DNA of 64,000 nucleotides from Candidatus Polarisedimenticolaceae bacterium (GCA_963790785.1 CAWBPP010000007.1:61537-125536), one strand, 5' to 3'; numbered from the stretch's first letter, positions 1 to 10,785 are shown. Made by a program: numbers and translations. Notes: a model not told the origin generated them from the sequence alone.

Positions 1-473
1 TCATCGAGAGCGTGGGTACCGGAGACCACGAACGGCTCCAGCCAGCTCATGCCGCACAGCGCTGCGGTCTGCCGCAACGGCAGTAGATAATCCCGCAGCG
101 CGTGCCGGTTCGATCCGGCCGGCGAGTACGACGCGGCGCTCCCCCCGGTGCTGGTGGCGACCATCAGCACCTTGCCCTGGAGTGCTCGCCCGTCCTGACC
201 GTACGCCCAGCCATGCTCCAGCACCAGGTCCTGCCACTCCTTGACCAGCGCCGGGCTGCTGTACCAGTAGAACGGGAACTGCAGCACCACGATGTCGTGC
301 TGCAGCAGAAGCTCCTGCTCCCGCCGGACGTCCACGTCAAAATCCGGGTACTCCTGGTACAGGTCGTGGAGCATGACGCCGGGAAGGTCCCGGATCGCAT
401 CGATCAGCCTGCGGTTGACCCGCGACTTCTCCAAAGTCGGATGGGCGAACAGGATCAGCACACGACTCTTCAT
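1..473 (-). CDS. NAD(P)H dehydrogenase (quinone), KefF/KefG-type flavodoxin-2 fold; C-terminus runs off window start
   Basis: Manual reverse translation from ATG at 473-471 gives MKSRVLILFAHPTLEKSRVNRRLIDAIRDLPGVMLHDLYQEYPDFDVDVRREQELLLQHDIVVLQFPFYWYSSPALVKEWQDLVLEHGWAYG..., typical flavodoxin_2/KefF. No stop before position 1, so it is absent from the ORF track. Confidence 0.8.
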   Translation of the reverse strand, partial: MKSRVLILFAHPTLEKSRVNRRLIDAIRDLPGVMLHDLYQEYPDFDVDVRREQELLLQHDIVVLQFPFYWYSSPALVKEWQDLVLEHGWAYGQDGRALQGKVLMVATSTGGSAASYSPAGSNRHALRDYLLPLRQTAALCGMSWLEPFVVSGTHALD

Positions 474-794
474 AGTCCGCACAGTATAGCGGGAAAACAG
501 GCTCAAAATCTCGAGTTCAAGCCGACGTCGGTGCCATCGCTGGTGACGTCCCCTTGTCGCAGCCCGACCTCCGAATCCCGGATCTTGACAGTGCCACCGA
601 TCCACCAGTTCCATCGCGCCCCGCGCTTGAACCGGTAGTGGTAGGTCAACCGCCACGAATTGAACCGGTAGGTGCCCTCGGTGAGAACACCGGCCGCATA
701 GGCTGCACCCGCGAACAGCACCGGGGATTCGAAGGTTCCGTTCTTCGACTGCCAGAGAGCACCTGCTTCCATCTCGATCTCGAACCGCGCACCT

Positions 795-1457
795 GTGTCG
801 ATCTTTGCCGTGCTGGAGTCCTACTGCCATCTCAGCGGCGACCTGTTCGGGTGGGAGATGCTGCCGGACGGCAAGCTCATGATCTGGATCGCCGACATGG
901 CCGGGCACGGTATCCGTGCCGGACTGGCTTCAGCCGTGCTCCGTGTGCTGATCGACAACCTTCCACAACAAAGCCAGGTCCACCTGTTCGTATACGAGCT
1001 GAACCGGGCTTTGCACGACTGTATCCGGCCGCTGCATCACAGTCTCTATGCCACTGTTTTTCTGATGACGCTGGATCACAGCGGTCGCGCGGTCTATTGC
1101 TCGGCGGCCCATCCGCCGAGCATGGTTCGCCGGCACGAAGACGGAATCGAACAGGTGGCTGCACTAGACCGGCCGGTGGGGTTGTTCGCCGACACGAGCT
1201 ATCGATCCCGGGAGTTTAAGTTGAATAAGGGGGATTGCATCCTGCTGTACACCGACGGCCTGGTCGAGGCCGAAGGGTACGACAGCGAGCCTTTCGGTCG
1301 CGAGCGCCTGGAGACACTACTTGGCAACATGTCCGATGGTCCCCGGGATTTGACGCAAGCGATCTACAATGAGATCACCAGTCGGCAGGACATCAACAAG
1401 CTGGACGACGATGTTACTTTTCTGGCGGTCAAGTTCCGTGGATCGGAGACATCGTAG
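795..1457 (+). CDS. PP2C-family Ser/Thr phosphatase, SpoIIE/RsbU-type catalytic domain only (no N-terminal sensor domain)
   Basis: GDLFGW...IADMAGHGIRAGLASAVLR and TDGLVEA motifs of the SpoIIE/PPM domain. GTG start. In-frame stops at 642, 669 and 699 upstream preclude an N-terminal extension. Confidence 0.7.
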   Translation: MSIFAVLESYCHLSGDLFGWEMLPDGKLMIWIADMAGHGIRAGLASAVLRVLIDNLPQQSQVHLFVYELNRALHDCIRPLHHSLYATVFLMTLDHSGRAVYCSAAHPPSMVRRHEDGIEQVAALDRPVGLFADTSYRSREFKLNKGDCILLYTDGLVEAEGYDSEPFGRERLETLLGNMSDGPRDLTQAIYNEITSRQDINKLDDDVTFLAVKFRGSETS

Positions 1458-1569
1458 ACCCGTGTCGGGCCGGATTGGGAAAGCACCTGTGGCCCGTAGC
1501 GGTAGCGGACCTCAAGGTCCGCAAAGGCAAGTTCGTCGGAGGATATGAGAGAGAAAATTTCCGTGTCGA

Positions 1570-2905
1570 TTGGTGTATGCTTCCGCCATCATGAGCGATC
1601 AACAACCCCCTGAATTTTCCGACCCGTTCCAGGATCCGATTCCGACCTCCGAGTTTTCGCAGGCCATCGAACCGGAGCATCCTCACTGGTCGCTGTGGTT
1701 GCCTTACCTGTTTGTGCGACCGCAGCTGTTTTTCCAGACGTTCGTCCTGCGTTCGATCCCGGTTCTTACCGTTCTGACGGCCTGGCTTTACGGTGTGGCG
1801 TCTGTTCTGGATCAAATCGGACCACAGGGCGATCTGTACGGCGGTGAAAACCCGATTTCGGATTTGATCGCTCAGAACTGGACCATCTATTGGATCTTCG
1901 CCGCGCTGATGGGCATACTGGGCGGTGTTTGCCTACGGGATCGGAGGCTGGTGGTACCGCCTGCGCCTGAGCTGGTGCGGCGCAGACAACCCGATCCCTA
2001 TCTTGCGCGCCGTGTCTACATCTTCTCCGCTCAGGCCTACGTCATACCCTATCTGCTCTACACGGCATGGGAGGTGACGGCCTATCCCAACCCGGCGGCT
2101 GCTGCAGCCGGTGACGATCTGACCAGCATTACGATTGTAGCCGCGATGTTTTGGTCGGTCTACGTCAGCTACCGCGGCGTCCGCACTGCCTTCGACGTGC
2201 GGCGCTGGGCCGCCCGCATCTGGTTCGCGATCCTGCCGACAGCGGTTTACGCTGTAGTGTTTGGCGCCGTGGTTGCCGCATCGCTGATGACCGACCTGCT
2301 GGTTTCCGCGCCGGATCTTCAGAATACCCAGCGTATCGAACGCGAGGGGTTTGCCTTGAACTACCCGGGCAACTGGGAGGTCGATCGGATTGACGAAGAT
2401 TACGATCCGGACGGCAACTTCGCCATCGAGCCACCTGTAGCAGACGCGCTGATCCGGTTCTCCTTCTATGAGGAAGCCATGGACTCGCAGGACTGTGTGG
2501 ACCAGACTCGCGACAATCTCTCGGACGCCTACACCCTCTCGGATCTGATCGGTGTCGATCACTGGGGCGACTACGATGGGGCCGGGTATCTGGGAAGCGT
2601 GAACATCATGCTGGGGGACTATGATATCTTGATATTCTGTTCCACCGAGCGGGCAAGACCGTTCGAGATCTTTCAAATCGTAGAAGAAAATGCTGCAGAC
2701 AAGCTGCAGCCCGGCTTCGATCTTATGCGTAACTCTCTGGAGCTGTATCCCGTGGAAGAGAGGCTGCCGAGTTTCCTGCCGAGGAACCCTGAGCCGAAGG
2801 GGGGGGCCATGAACGATCGCGAACAGACAAATGAATCCGTCCCGACCGAGAAAGAGGCTGCCGAAACACGGCTCCTGACAACCGGCTGCTCCCAAACGAT
2901 CGCCA
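1570..2905 (+). CDS. Yip1-family multi-pass membrane protein with ~200-aa C-terminal extracytoplasmic domain; 3' end uncertain (no in-frame stop until 3414)
   Basis: N-terminus HWSLWLPYLFVRPQLFFQTF and multiple hydrophobic segments typical of the Yip1 domain. Beyond ~2900 the frame reads Arg/Pro-rich off-frame text across the ydbS-like gene. Confidence 0.55.
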
Positions 2906-3400
2906 ATGGTCGACGGCGAGGACCATCACGTCGACCCCCGCTCGGTGCACGTCATCCGGATCATTGCCATCCCGGTGATCCTTGCCGCAGCGTTATTGCC
3001 CCTGGGGTTTCTTACCCTGGGCTGGGCTTTGGACGGGATCCCGACCCGCGTTTACCTTCCCCTCCTCGTTGCCTTGCTGGTCCTCGTCAGCCTGGCCCTG
3101 ATCATCGCCTTCCGTTTCCCCGCCGCTCGACACCGTCACCTGCGCTACCGGGTGGACCCGGACGGTCTGTGTATCCGGCGCGGCGTGTTCTGGCGCAAGA
3201 CGGTCTGGATCCCCATCACCCGGGTGCAGCACACCGACGTCTCCCAGGGACCGCTGCAACGAAGGTACGAGCTGGCCACGCTGACCGTGCACACCGCCGG
3301 CACCGTGGGGGCGTCGATACCGCTCCCCGGTCTCGAGCACGGCATCGCCCTCAGGCTGTCCGATCATCTGCAGCCGAACCGGGAACACGATGCAGGCTGA
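2906..3400 (+). CDS. YdbS-like membrane protein with bacterial PH (bPH_2) domain
   Basis: 164 aa. Two N-terminal TM helices followed by the bPH_2 core (RYRVDPDGLCIRRGVFWRKTVWIPITRVQHTDVSQGPLQRRYELATLTV). 11-nt overlap with the next gene, as in the Bacillus ydbS-ydbT pair. Confidence 0.7.
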   Translation: MVDGEDHHVDPRSVHVIRIIAIPVILAAALLPLGFLTLGWALDGIPTRVYLPLLVALLVLVSLALIIAFRFPAARHRHLRYRVDPDGLCIRRGVFWRKTVWIPITRVQHTDVSQGPLQRRYELATLTVHTAGTVGASIPLPGLEHGIALRLSDHLQPNREHDAG

Positions 3401-5025
3401 GGCTCGCCGGCTGAATCGCTGGTCCTGGATTTTTATCACTGCAGGGACGATCCGGGCGTTGATCGTACCGATGATCGCGGCGATCGTCGCCAGCGGCGGG
3501 GTACTGCTGTGGCGACCCGAGCTGCTGTTGCTCGTCATCGTGCCTTCGGGCATCTACGCGTTCATCCGGCAACGGGTTTATAACTACCGCTTTACCGACG
3601 GTGAGTTGATCGTGCGCGACGGGCTGCTGTTCCGCAACCTCCGGAAGATCCCCTATGAGCGGATCCACAACGTCGCCCTGGTCCGCAATCCGCTGCATCG
3701 GGTGTTGGGCGTCGCCACGGTGCGGATCGAGACCGCCGCCGGTGGGAAACCCGAAGCTCTCCTGAAGCGTTCTGTCCATCGACGCCGCGGAGGAGCTGCG
3801 TCGGATCACCCTCGACGAAACGCGCCAGGCGGTGGCCGATAGTGACGAAGAGAAGGCCGGGGATGAACCGCTGGTCAAGACGCCGGATCTGGAGCTGGCC
3901 CGCCTCGGCCTGATAAGCAACCGCGGCCTGGTGGTGGTTGCGGCGGTGGCCGGCGTTCTGACCCAGGCGGACTGGTGGCAGAACCTGCTTGAAGAAACGG
4001 ACTGGCTGCGCTTCTACGAATACGTGCGGGACCATGGTCCCGGCTGGATGCGCTGGCTGCTGGAATCCGGTTCCATCACCGCCAAGCTGCTGGTGGGACT
4101 GGCGGTGGTCCTGCTGTTTCTCGGACTGCTCCGGTTACTGTCCATCGCCTGGTACCTGGTCCGCTACAGGGGGTTCACACTGCAGAGGAAAAACGACGAC
4201 CTGCAGGCGGAGTACGGTCTGCTGACCCGCATCCAGTCGGTGATTCCGATCCACCGCATCCAGCTGGTGACGGTCTCGGCGACCTTGCTGCACCGCTGGT
4301 TCCACCGCGAATCCATCGAGGTCGAGACAGCCGGCGCCTCCGAGGAAGGTTCGGACCTGACCCAACAGCTGGCGGCCTCGGGTGTCAAGCTCACCCGCCA
4401 GTGGCTGGCGCCCATCGTTGCCAGCGAACGTTCCGCCGGGCTGATCCGGCAGATCATGCCGGAGATCGACCTGGATGCGGTGGCCTGGAGACCGATGGAA
4501 GCTCGGGCGGTGCGTCGAATCGTCCGGAGGTTTGCGGTGATCCTGGTGCCGGTGGGCCTGGTGGTGACGGCAGTGCTGACCTTCGCTCCGATCCCGGTAC
4601 ACGGTCTGCACGGCCTGTGGCTGCCGGGCCTGGGACTACCGTTGGTCTGGTTGATCGCCCGCCGCTGGGTGCACAGCGCCGGCTGGGCGCTGACCGATGA
4701 TGCGATTCTCTTCCGCAGCGGCTGGCCGGGACGCAGCACCAGCATGGTGCGTTTCGTGAACATGCAATCCGTCTTGATGCGGCAGTCACCGTTCGATCGG
4801 CGACACGGCATGGCCAGGCTGGTGGTGGACACGGCGGGCGCGAGCAGCATCGGCCACCGGATTGAAATCCCGTATCTCGATGCAGAGGTCGTCGCAAAGA
4901 CGCTGCGCCTGCCTCTACGCCGAGAGCTGCGCCACCGAGTTCCCCTGGTAGCAAAAGGCTTCCCACGGTCGGTGAGGAAAAACCGGACCCAGTGCGGACC
5001 GGCGTGTTCCAGGAAGACCTCATAG
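3390..5025 (+). CDS. YdbT-like membrane protein with repeated bPH_2 domains; frame break near 3762-3768 (likely 1-nt homopolymer indel)
   Basis: ORFs 3390..3842 and 3832..5025 are consecutive parts of one protein. Deleting one A of 'ctgaagcg' (3763-3766) joins ...GGKPEALL to SVLSIDAAEELRRITLDETRQAVADSDEEKAG... Confidence 0.65.
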
Positions 5026-5930
5026 TTTCCCTCGTCATCGGTGCGGGTCATATCCGCACCCGGTTCTTCAATGGTGGCGCTAATCGCTTCGAATGTCAGG
5101 TTCGCCAGTGGAATCGTCTCGTCACCCAGGTAGACTTTGCCGCCAAGTTGAATGACTCCACTGAAGTCGAAATCAACCATTGTGGTCCTTCCCGCGGAGA
5201 CTGCAACACGCTTAATGCGTGTCTTGCTGTCAGTCCCTTCCGATTCCCGGACATAGAGCTGAATGAAGTGTTCCCCCGGAGGTACCGAACTAAAATCAAA
5301 GTTGCCGAATTCGTCTACGGCCTGCTCGACGCTAGGTGTAGTATCGAACATTGTCGCAGTCGCGTTCTGGCCTGGAAGTAAGCCGTTAACTAGGCCTTGT
5401 ACATGACCGACCTGCTCGAGACGGAATTCGTACTCCGTGGTGCCGGCAAAACGGTTTACCGAGATCGATGCATCGGCCGCAGCGTATCCGGGCGCGAAGG
5501 CACGGAGTCTGTGCTCACCTGGTGCAACGCGGTCGAATCGATACCGTTCGTCTTCGTCGGCGGATGCGAGATACGTGACTCTCGACGGTTCGGAAGATTC
5601 CGCCGGACTCAACTCCACGAGAGCGGAATCAATCGGCTCCCCGGAGTCCGCAGAAACCACCGTGCTGGAAATGGCTCCCGTAGGCGGCAGGGTGACATCG
5701 ACCGCGCTGACGTCTGCTGCAATCGCCGAGGTGGCGGTGGATCCGGCCGGCTCCGGAACTGCCACGGTGATCGACAGCGGCAAACCCTGGCTTGAGCGCA
5801 GGGAGAAGCGACCGTCCTGCAAGGTGACGTAGCAGATTTCCGCTTGAGCCGGTGGCTCGTGCTGTAAGGTCGCAACAACATAGAGTGGTGGCTCGAGTCT
5901 GTCTTCCCGGGCCACGGTACCCCGTACCAC
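4990..5930 (-). CDS. Protein with carboxypeptidase-regulatory-like (CarboxypepD_reg) beta-sandwich repeats; 3' end uncertain
   Basis: N-terminal ~320 aa of ORF 4164..5930 read as real coding (YRFDRVAPGEHRLRAFAPGYAAADASISV; GNYEVFLEHAGPHWVRF). The distal part is antisense to the ydbT-like gene and reads as junk. No in-frame stop near 4990. Confidence 0.45.
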
Positions 5931-6054
5931 TCCTCCATGATTCGTAGCAACCTCGGCAGGATGTACGTTTCCATGCCCCCCTTTAATCGGTCCGGCACAT
6001 AAGCTAGGATGGCGAAATGAGCGTACATCCAGGCAGGAGTTTCAAGGGGAGTAC

Positions 6055-7578
6055 ATGCAGACAAACGGAGTCGCCTTCGACAACGAGAAGTATCTTAGAG
6101 ACCAGACCGACGCCATTCTGAAGAGGATCGACAGCTGCGGCAACAAGCTTTACCTGGAGTTCGGGGGCAAGCTGTTGTACGACCACCACGCCTCCCGCGT
6201 CCTCCCCGGTTTCGACCCTAACGTCAAGATGCGTCTGCTCAACAAGTTGGCCGACAAGGCGGAGATCATCATATGCATCTACGCCGGCGATATCGAGAGC
6301 AAGAAGATGCGCGCCGACTTCGGGATCTCGTACGACGCCGACACGTTCAAGCTGATCGACGATCTCCGGCACTGGGGCCTCCTGGTCCGCGCGGTGGTGA
6401 TAACCCGCTTCACCGGTCAGCCGGCGGCGGCGGCGTTCAAATCGAAGCTGGAGCGCCGCGGCCTCCAGGTCCACACCCACAAACCGATCGAGGGGTACCC
6501 GTCGGACATCGAGCGCACGGTCAGCGACGAGGGCTACGGCGCAAACTCGTTCATCGAGACTAAGCGCTCACTGGTGGTCGTCACCGCCCCCGGCCCCAAC
6601 AGCGGAAAGATGGCGACCTGCCTGTCGCAGATCTACCACGAGCACCGCCATGCAACGGACGCCGGATACGCCAAGTTCGAAACCTTCCCGATCTGGAACC
6701 TGGCCCTCAAGCACCCGGTGAACGCCGCGTACGAGGCGGCGACCGCCGATCTCCGGGACGTCAACCTGATCGATCCGTTCCACCTCGAGGCTTGCGAGAT
6801 CACGGCGGTCAACTACAACCGCGACGTCGCGGCGTTCCCGCTTGTGAAAAGAATCCTCGAGAAGATAACGGGAGCGCCCTCCATGTACCGCTCGCCGACG
6901 GAGATGGGCGTCAACTGCGCCGGGTTCGCCATCATTAATGACGATGCCGCCAGGGAAGCGGCAACCCAGGAGATCATTAGGCGCTTCTTCCGCTATGCGT
7001 GCGAGTACGTCTCCGGGCAGGCCGACCAGGAGACCATCAAGCGTATCGAAGCGCTGATGGAAGAGTACCAGGCGAAGCCGGAACACCGTTCCACCGTGCT
7101 CCCGGCCAGGGAGGCTGCCGGTGAAGCGGAGCAGAAGAATGAAAAAGGCCACGACGGAGTGTTCGTCGGCGCCGCATTGCAGCTTCCGGACGGATCCATG
7201 GCAACAGGAAAGAACTCACCGCTAATGCACGCCGCTTCGAGCCTGGTGGTCAACAGCATAAAGAAGATGGCCGGCATCCCGCACAACCTGGAACTGCTCG
7301 GCGACAACATCATCGGCTCCGTGGGGAACCTCAAGAAGGATATCCTCGGCGGCCACTCGGTAAGTCTCGATCTCGGTGAGGTCCTGGTCGCCTTGAGCAT
7401 CGGCGCCATGACCAATCCCACCGCCCGGATGGCGTTGGAACAACTCCCCAAGCTGCGCGGGTGCGAAGCTCACATGACCCACATCCCCACACCCGGGGAC
7501 GAGAAAGGCCTCCGCCGGCTCGGGGTCAACCTGACCAGCGACCCCCAGTTCGCCTCGGATAAGCTGTTCGTGGCGTAG
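6055..7578 (+). CDS. UPF0371 / DUF1846 family protein
   Basis: 507 aa with KLYLEFGGKLLYDHHASRVLPGFDPN, KFETFPIWNL, TAVNYNRD and TGKNSPL motifs, matching my recollection of streptococcal/lactobacillal UPF0371 proteins. Confidence 0.8.
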   Translation: MQTNGVAFDNEKYLRDQTDAILKRIDSCGNKLYLEFGGKLLYDHHASRVLPGFDPNVKMRLLNKLADKAEIIICIYAGDIESKKMRADFGISYDADTFKLIDDLRHWGLLVRAVVITRFTGQPAAAAFKSKLERRGLQVHTHKPIEGYPSDIERTVSDEGYGANSFIETKRSLVVVTAPGPNSGKMATCLSQIYHEHRHATDAGYAKFETFPIWNLALKHPVNAAYEAATADLRDVNLIDPFHLEACEITAVNYNRDVAAFPLVKRILEKITGAPSMYRSPTEMGVNCAGFAIINDDAAREAATQEIIRRFFRYACEYVSGQADQETIKRIEALMEEYQAKPEHRSTVLPAREAAGEAEQKNEKGHDGVFVGAALQLPDGSMATGKNSPLMHAASSLVVNSIKKMAGIPHNLELLGDNIIGSVGNLKKDILGGHSVSLDLGEVLVALSIGAMTNPTARMALEQLPKLRGCEAHMTHIPTPGDEKGLRRLGVNLTSDPQFASDKLFVA

Positions 7579-7605
7579 GAGCGGACGAGATGGAGGAACG
7601 GTCCC

Positions 7606-8406
7606 ATGGGGCCTGTTTGTAGATCGGTAGCGGTGCTCGTTCTTGCGGCATCCCTGGCCGGTTGCGGAGAAACCACTCCCCAGAAGGTGGAGCTTCCGCC
7701 TCCTGAAACCTTCACCTGGACCACCGGCCAGCCGATCTCGTTTTCACCGCCGCCGGAAGCGTGGAATCAATCCCGCTATCAGAACGGTGGCACGGAGGGC
7801 GTCAGCTTCGTCCTGGCCGGATCCAAGGGGGAGCAAATCTTCGTCGCCGAGCAGTTCTTCCTGGGCAGGCGGGATGGTTGCGGGAAGCTCCGGGAGATCC
7901 TGGAGAACCTCGAGGAGTTCGACCGCTCCAGCTTCCGTCGCGCCATCGGCAAGGCACGGCTGTACGCCCCGGAACCGTACAACGCCCACGAGGAACACAC
8001 CGTCGACGTTGTCAACGAGCTGTTGGATCATGCCGCCGAGGCGTTCTCGTGGGGGAACCTGGCTATTGCGCATGACCACATGCAGGAGGCGCTGGAGCAG
8101 GCCGGTACGATCCGGTATACCGTTGAGGAGACGGTGGATCAGGTCCTGTTCACCAGGGAGAGGAACACGGTCTACCCGTCGCTCCAGGTCGACGAGCCGG
8201 TGGCCGGCGAAGTCTCCGGCGAAACGGCGCGGATCGTGAAGTTCACGTTCGAGGGGCACGGAACCGCGATGATCGGAAGGCGTGTTTACGTGGTCAAGAA
8301 CAACCGCATGTTCGAGTTCGGCTTCCAGGGTATTCCGGAACACCTTGCACTGTTCGAGAGCATCCTCCAGTCGGTGACCTTCCCGCCGGGGAGTTGCGAG
8401 CATTGA
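7606..8406 (+). CDS. Lipoprotein of unknown function
   Basis: Signal peptide MGPVCRSVAVLVLAASLAGC with lipobox. No recognisable domain. Confidence 0.55.
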   Translation: MGPVCRSVAVLVLAASLAGCGETTPQKVELPPPETFTWTTGQPISFSPPPEAWNQSRYQNGGTEGVSFVLAGSKGEQIFVAEQFFLGRRDGCGKLREILENLEEFDRSSFRRAIGKARLYAPEPYNAHEEHTVDVVNELLDHAAEAFSWGNLAIAHDHMQEALEQAGTIRYTVEETVDQVLFTRERNTVYPSLQVDEPVAGEVSGETARIVKFTFEGHGTAMIGRRVYVVKNNRMFEFGFQGIPEHLALFESILQSVTFPPGSCEH

Positions 8407-9149
8407 AAACGACGTTGTGCGCTGCCGCCCTGACCGGCCTGCTGTGGACCGGCTGCGCCGGCGCGCCGGAACTCCCGACCTTGACCTCAACCGATATCGG
8501 CATCCACCCCGTCTCGTTCCAGACGCCCAAGGGCTGGGTCCACCTGGACCACGGCAGGGAGCACCGCTTCCACCGGGAACTGGCCCAGATCTCGGCGGCC
8601 GACCTGGGCCCGGTAACTGCCGCAGGGTACCTGCGGGAGCTGCGCCACGCCCACCGGCTGTTCCGCGACTACCGCTACGAAGATGCAGCCGCCCATCTTA
8701 AAAGTCTGGACCTGTTGCCGGCGTTCCCCGACGAGCACCTTCGGAAACGGTTTTTCCGATCATGGCGGAAGGCGATGAACGGCGGGCGCTCCGACGACAT
8801 TACCCATGCCGATGCGGTTGTCGCCTGGGAGTACATCCTGGAAGAGGTCGAACGGCTGCCTGAGCCTGACCTGGCCGTTCTGGTACAGAACCGGTTTCCG
8901 GCCATCGAGACGGCGGCGCACCGGGAGATTGCAGAGCGGACTGAGCTGGAGATCGATGGTCGAGCGGCGATCCGGCTGGAGAGCTGGGACCGTTTGAGCC
9001 ACGACCACCGCCAGGCGTTCCTGTTCGTGCTGAACCAAGGCAACCTGCTGATGTTCCGGATGGAGATCGGGGAGTATGCCGAGCTGAAGACGGCGTTCGA
9101 AACCCTGGCAGGCTCGCTGACGTTTCAGTCCGCCGACGCCACCTCGTAA
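8403..9149 (+). CDS. Lipoprotein of unknown function
   Basis: TTG start gives MKTTLCAAALTGLLWTGCAG (lipobox). Adjacent to and co-directional with the preceding lipoprotein gene. Confidence 0.5.
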   Translation: MKTTLCAAALTGLLWTGCAGAPELPTLTSTDIGIHPVSFQTPKGWVHLDHGREHRFHRELAQISAADLGPVTAAGYLRELRHAHRLFRDYRYEDAAAHLKSLDLLPAFPDEHLRKRFFRSWRKAMNGGRSDDITHADAVVAWEYILEEVERLPEPDLAVLVQNRFPAIETAAHREIAERTELEIDGRAAIRLESWDRLSHDHRQAFLFVLNQGNLLMFRMEIGEYAELKTAFETLAGSLTFQSADATS

Positions 9150-10180
9150 CGCAGCAGCTGCTGGGACCGGTCGTCCGGACCTCGCCGTTGCTGCCGGCCC
9201 ACCGCCCAGGCGTGCCGTTCGTCCAGGACGAAGATGGATCGTATCTCCTCGGACCCGACCCGCGCCTGGGTGCTCCAGGCCGTTCCGCCGTCGGTGGTCC
9301 ACAGCACCACCGCCGTGCCGCCGGTGCGTTCGAAGCCAACCACCCAGCCCCGCTTCCTGTCAATGAAAGCGACGTCCATAAGGGTGTCCAGGACGCTGCT
9401 GTTCTGGCGCTCCCAGCTTTTGCCGCCGTCTGCGGTGTGCAGGATGGTGCCGCCCTCCCCCACCGCCCAACCCTCGTTGTAGTTGACGAAGTCTACACCC
9501 CACAGGTGCGGCTTTTCCGACTCCGGTGCCTCCTGGACAACCCAGCTCTCACCGCCGTCGTTGCTGTACCGGATCAGCCCGTGCCGCCCGACCAACCAAC
9601 CCCGGTACCGATCGACGAACGATACCGCCTGGCCCGCGGCATCCTGAGGCTTCTTAGCATCGGGATCGAGTTTCAACGGCCCGCGCCAGGTCTCCCCACC
9701 GTCCTCTGTCCGCACCATCCCCCCGCTGCCGATGGCCCAGCCGTACTGATCGTCCACGAACTGCAGGTCCCGCAGGTGGGCCCAAACCCGGCCGCTGGAA
9801 ATCCGATGCCAGTGCTCGCCGCCGTCCCGTGTGCGGAGGATCTGGAAACCGTCCCCGACGATGAAGCCGGTACGCTCGTTCACAAACCAGACGCCGTTCA
9901 GGTGGAAGCTGGTCGCCCTCCCGGAAGGCGATGTCAGCCCGCTGTCGAATTTCCATGTCCGGCCTCCGTCGTCGGTCCGGCCCAGGATCCCGCCCTGGAT
10001 GTTGATGCCGCCACCGACGATGAAGCCGCGCTGCTCATCCAGGAAGAACAGATCCTGGAACTCGGCCCGGGTGCCCAGCTCCTGTTGTATCCAGAGCTCC
10101 GGAGGAAGTTCGCCCTGCTCTCCAGCACACGCCGTCAACAGGAGGGCGGCGACCACCGCGATCATTTTCCCCTTGTCCAT
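9125..10180 (-). CDS. Ycf48/HCF136-like BNR-repeat beta-propeller lipoprotein
   Basis: MDKGKMIAVVAALLLTAC lipobox, then repeated TDDGG.TW / S.DGG.SW BNR-like motifs (7 blades). Confidence 0.7.
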   Translation of the reverse strand: MDKGKMIAVVAALLLTACAGEQGELPPELWIQQELGTRAEFQDLFFLDEQRGFIVGGGINIQGGILGRTDDGGRTWKFDSGLTSPSGRATSFHLNGVWFVNERTGFIVGDGFQILRTRDGGEHWHRISSGRVWAHLRDLQFVDDQYGWAIGSGGMVRTEDGGETWRGPLKLDPDAKKPQDAAGQAVSFVDRYRGWLVGRHGLIRYSNDGGESWVVQEAPESEKPHLWGVDFVNYNEGWAVGEGGTILHTADGGKSWERQNSSVLDTLMDVAFIDRKRGWVVGFERTGGTAVVLWTTDGGTAWSTQARVGSEEIRSIFVLDERHAWAVGRQQRRGPDDRSQQLLRYEVASAD

Positions 10181-10506
10181 GAACCCTCCGAATGCCGTAC
10201 CGTGAGAATGTCGTCCCCGGTCCGGCAAAAGGCAAGATCCCCGGAGCCAGGAAGGTGAGGCTGCGCTCGTGGTTGATGGTGAGACCGATGCCGATGGCGC
10301 CGATACACCGGTTGACAGGATCCGACAATAGCTCTACTCTGCCAGCAGGTCCCCGGTCGCAATCAATCGTACAGAAACGAATTTTTGCTGGTCCGAAGCG
10401 GTACCAGAAGTGTGCCGCCACTGGACATCGATCCTGACCCGTTGTTGGAGTCACGGACCGGGAGCCCGACTATATGCTCTCCACGCGGGAGCAAGGAGTT
10501 TGAGAG

Positions 10507-10785
10507 ATGGGAAACAGAATTTACGTTGGCAACCTGCCCTTCAGCGCGGACGAAGCCTCGGTGAAGTCACTATTCGAACAGAACGACCGTGAGGTCACGG
10601 AGGTCAAACTGATCACCGACCGTGAGACCGGACGACCCCGTGGTTTCGGATTCGTCGAGATGAGCAACAGCGAACACGCCGACAAGGCGATCAGCGACCT
10701 GAACGGCTACCAGATGGACGGCCGGGCGCTGACTGTCAACGAAGCGAAAGAGCGCAGCGAAGGCGGCGGCGGACGACGCTACTAG
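10507..10785 (+). CDS. RRM-type RNA-binding protein with Gly/Arg-rich tail
   Basis: RNP-2 IYVGNL and RNP-1 RGFGFVEM. 92 aa. Confidence 0.9.
   Translation: MGNRIYVGNLPFSADEASVKSLFEQNDREVTEVKLITDRETGRPRGFGFVEMSNSEHADKAISDLNGYQMDGRALTVNEAKERSEGGGGRRY

Noticed and set aside
2906-3414. Distal third of ORF 1570..3414 as a genuine C-terminal extension of the Yip1-like protein
   Set aside because: It reads in a different frame across the well-supported ydbS-like gene, and the translation becomes Arg/Pro/Gly-rich low-complexity typical of off-frame high-GC DNA. The true end is more likely near 2900, with the stop lost or hidden by an indel.
4164-4990. Distal ~270 codons of ORF 4164..5930 (-) as part of the CarboxypepD_reg protein
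   Set aside because: It is antisense to the conserved ydbT-like coding sequence, and the translation loses all domain-like character after ...HWVRFFLTDRGKPF.
10229-10506. Structured 5' leader or riboswitch upstream of the RRM RNA-binding protein gene
   Set aside because: A TTGACA at ~10313 leaves a long leader, but I could not identify a convincing -10 element or a conserved fold by eye. It is mentioned only as a possibility.
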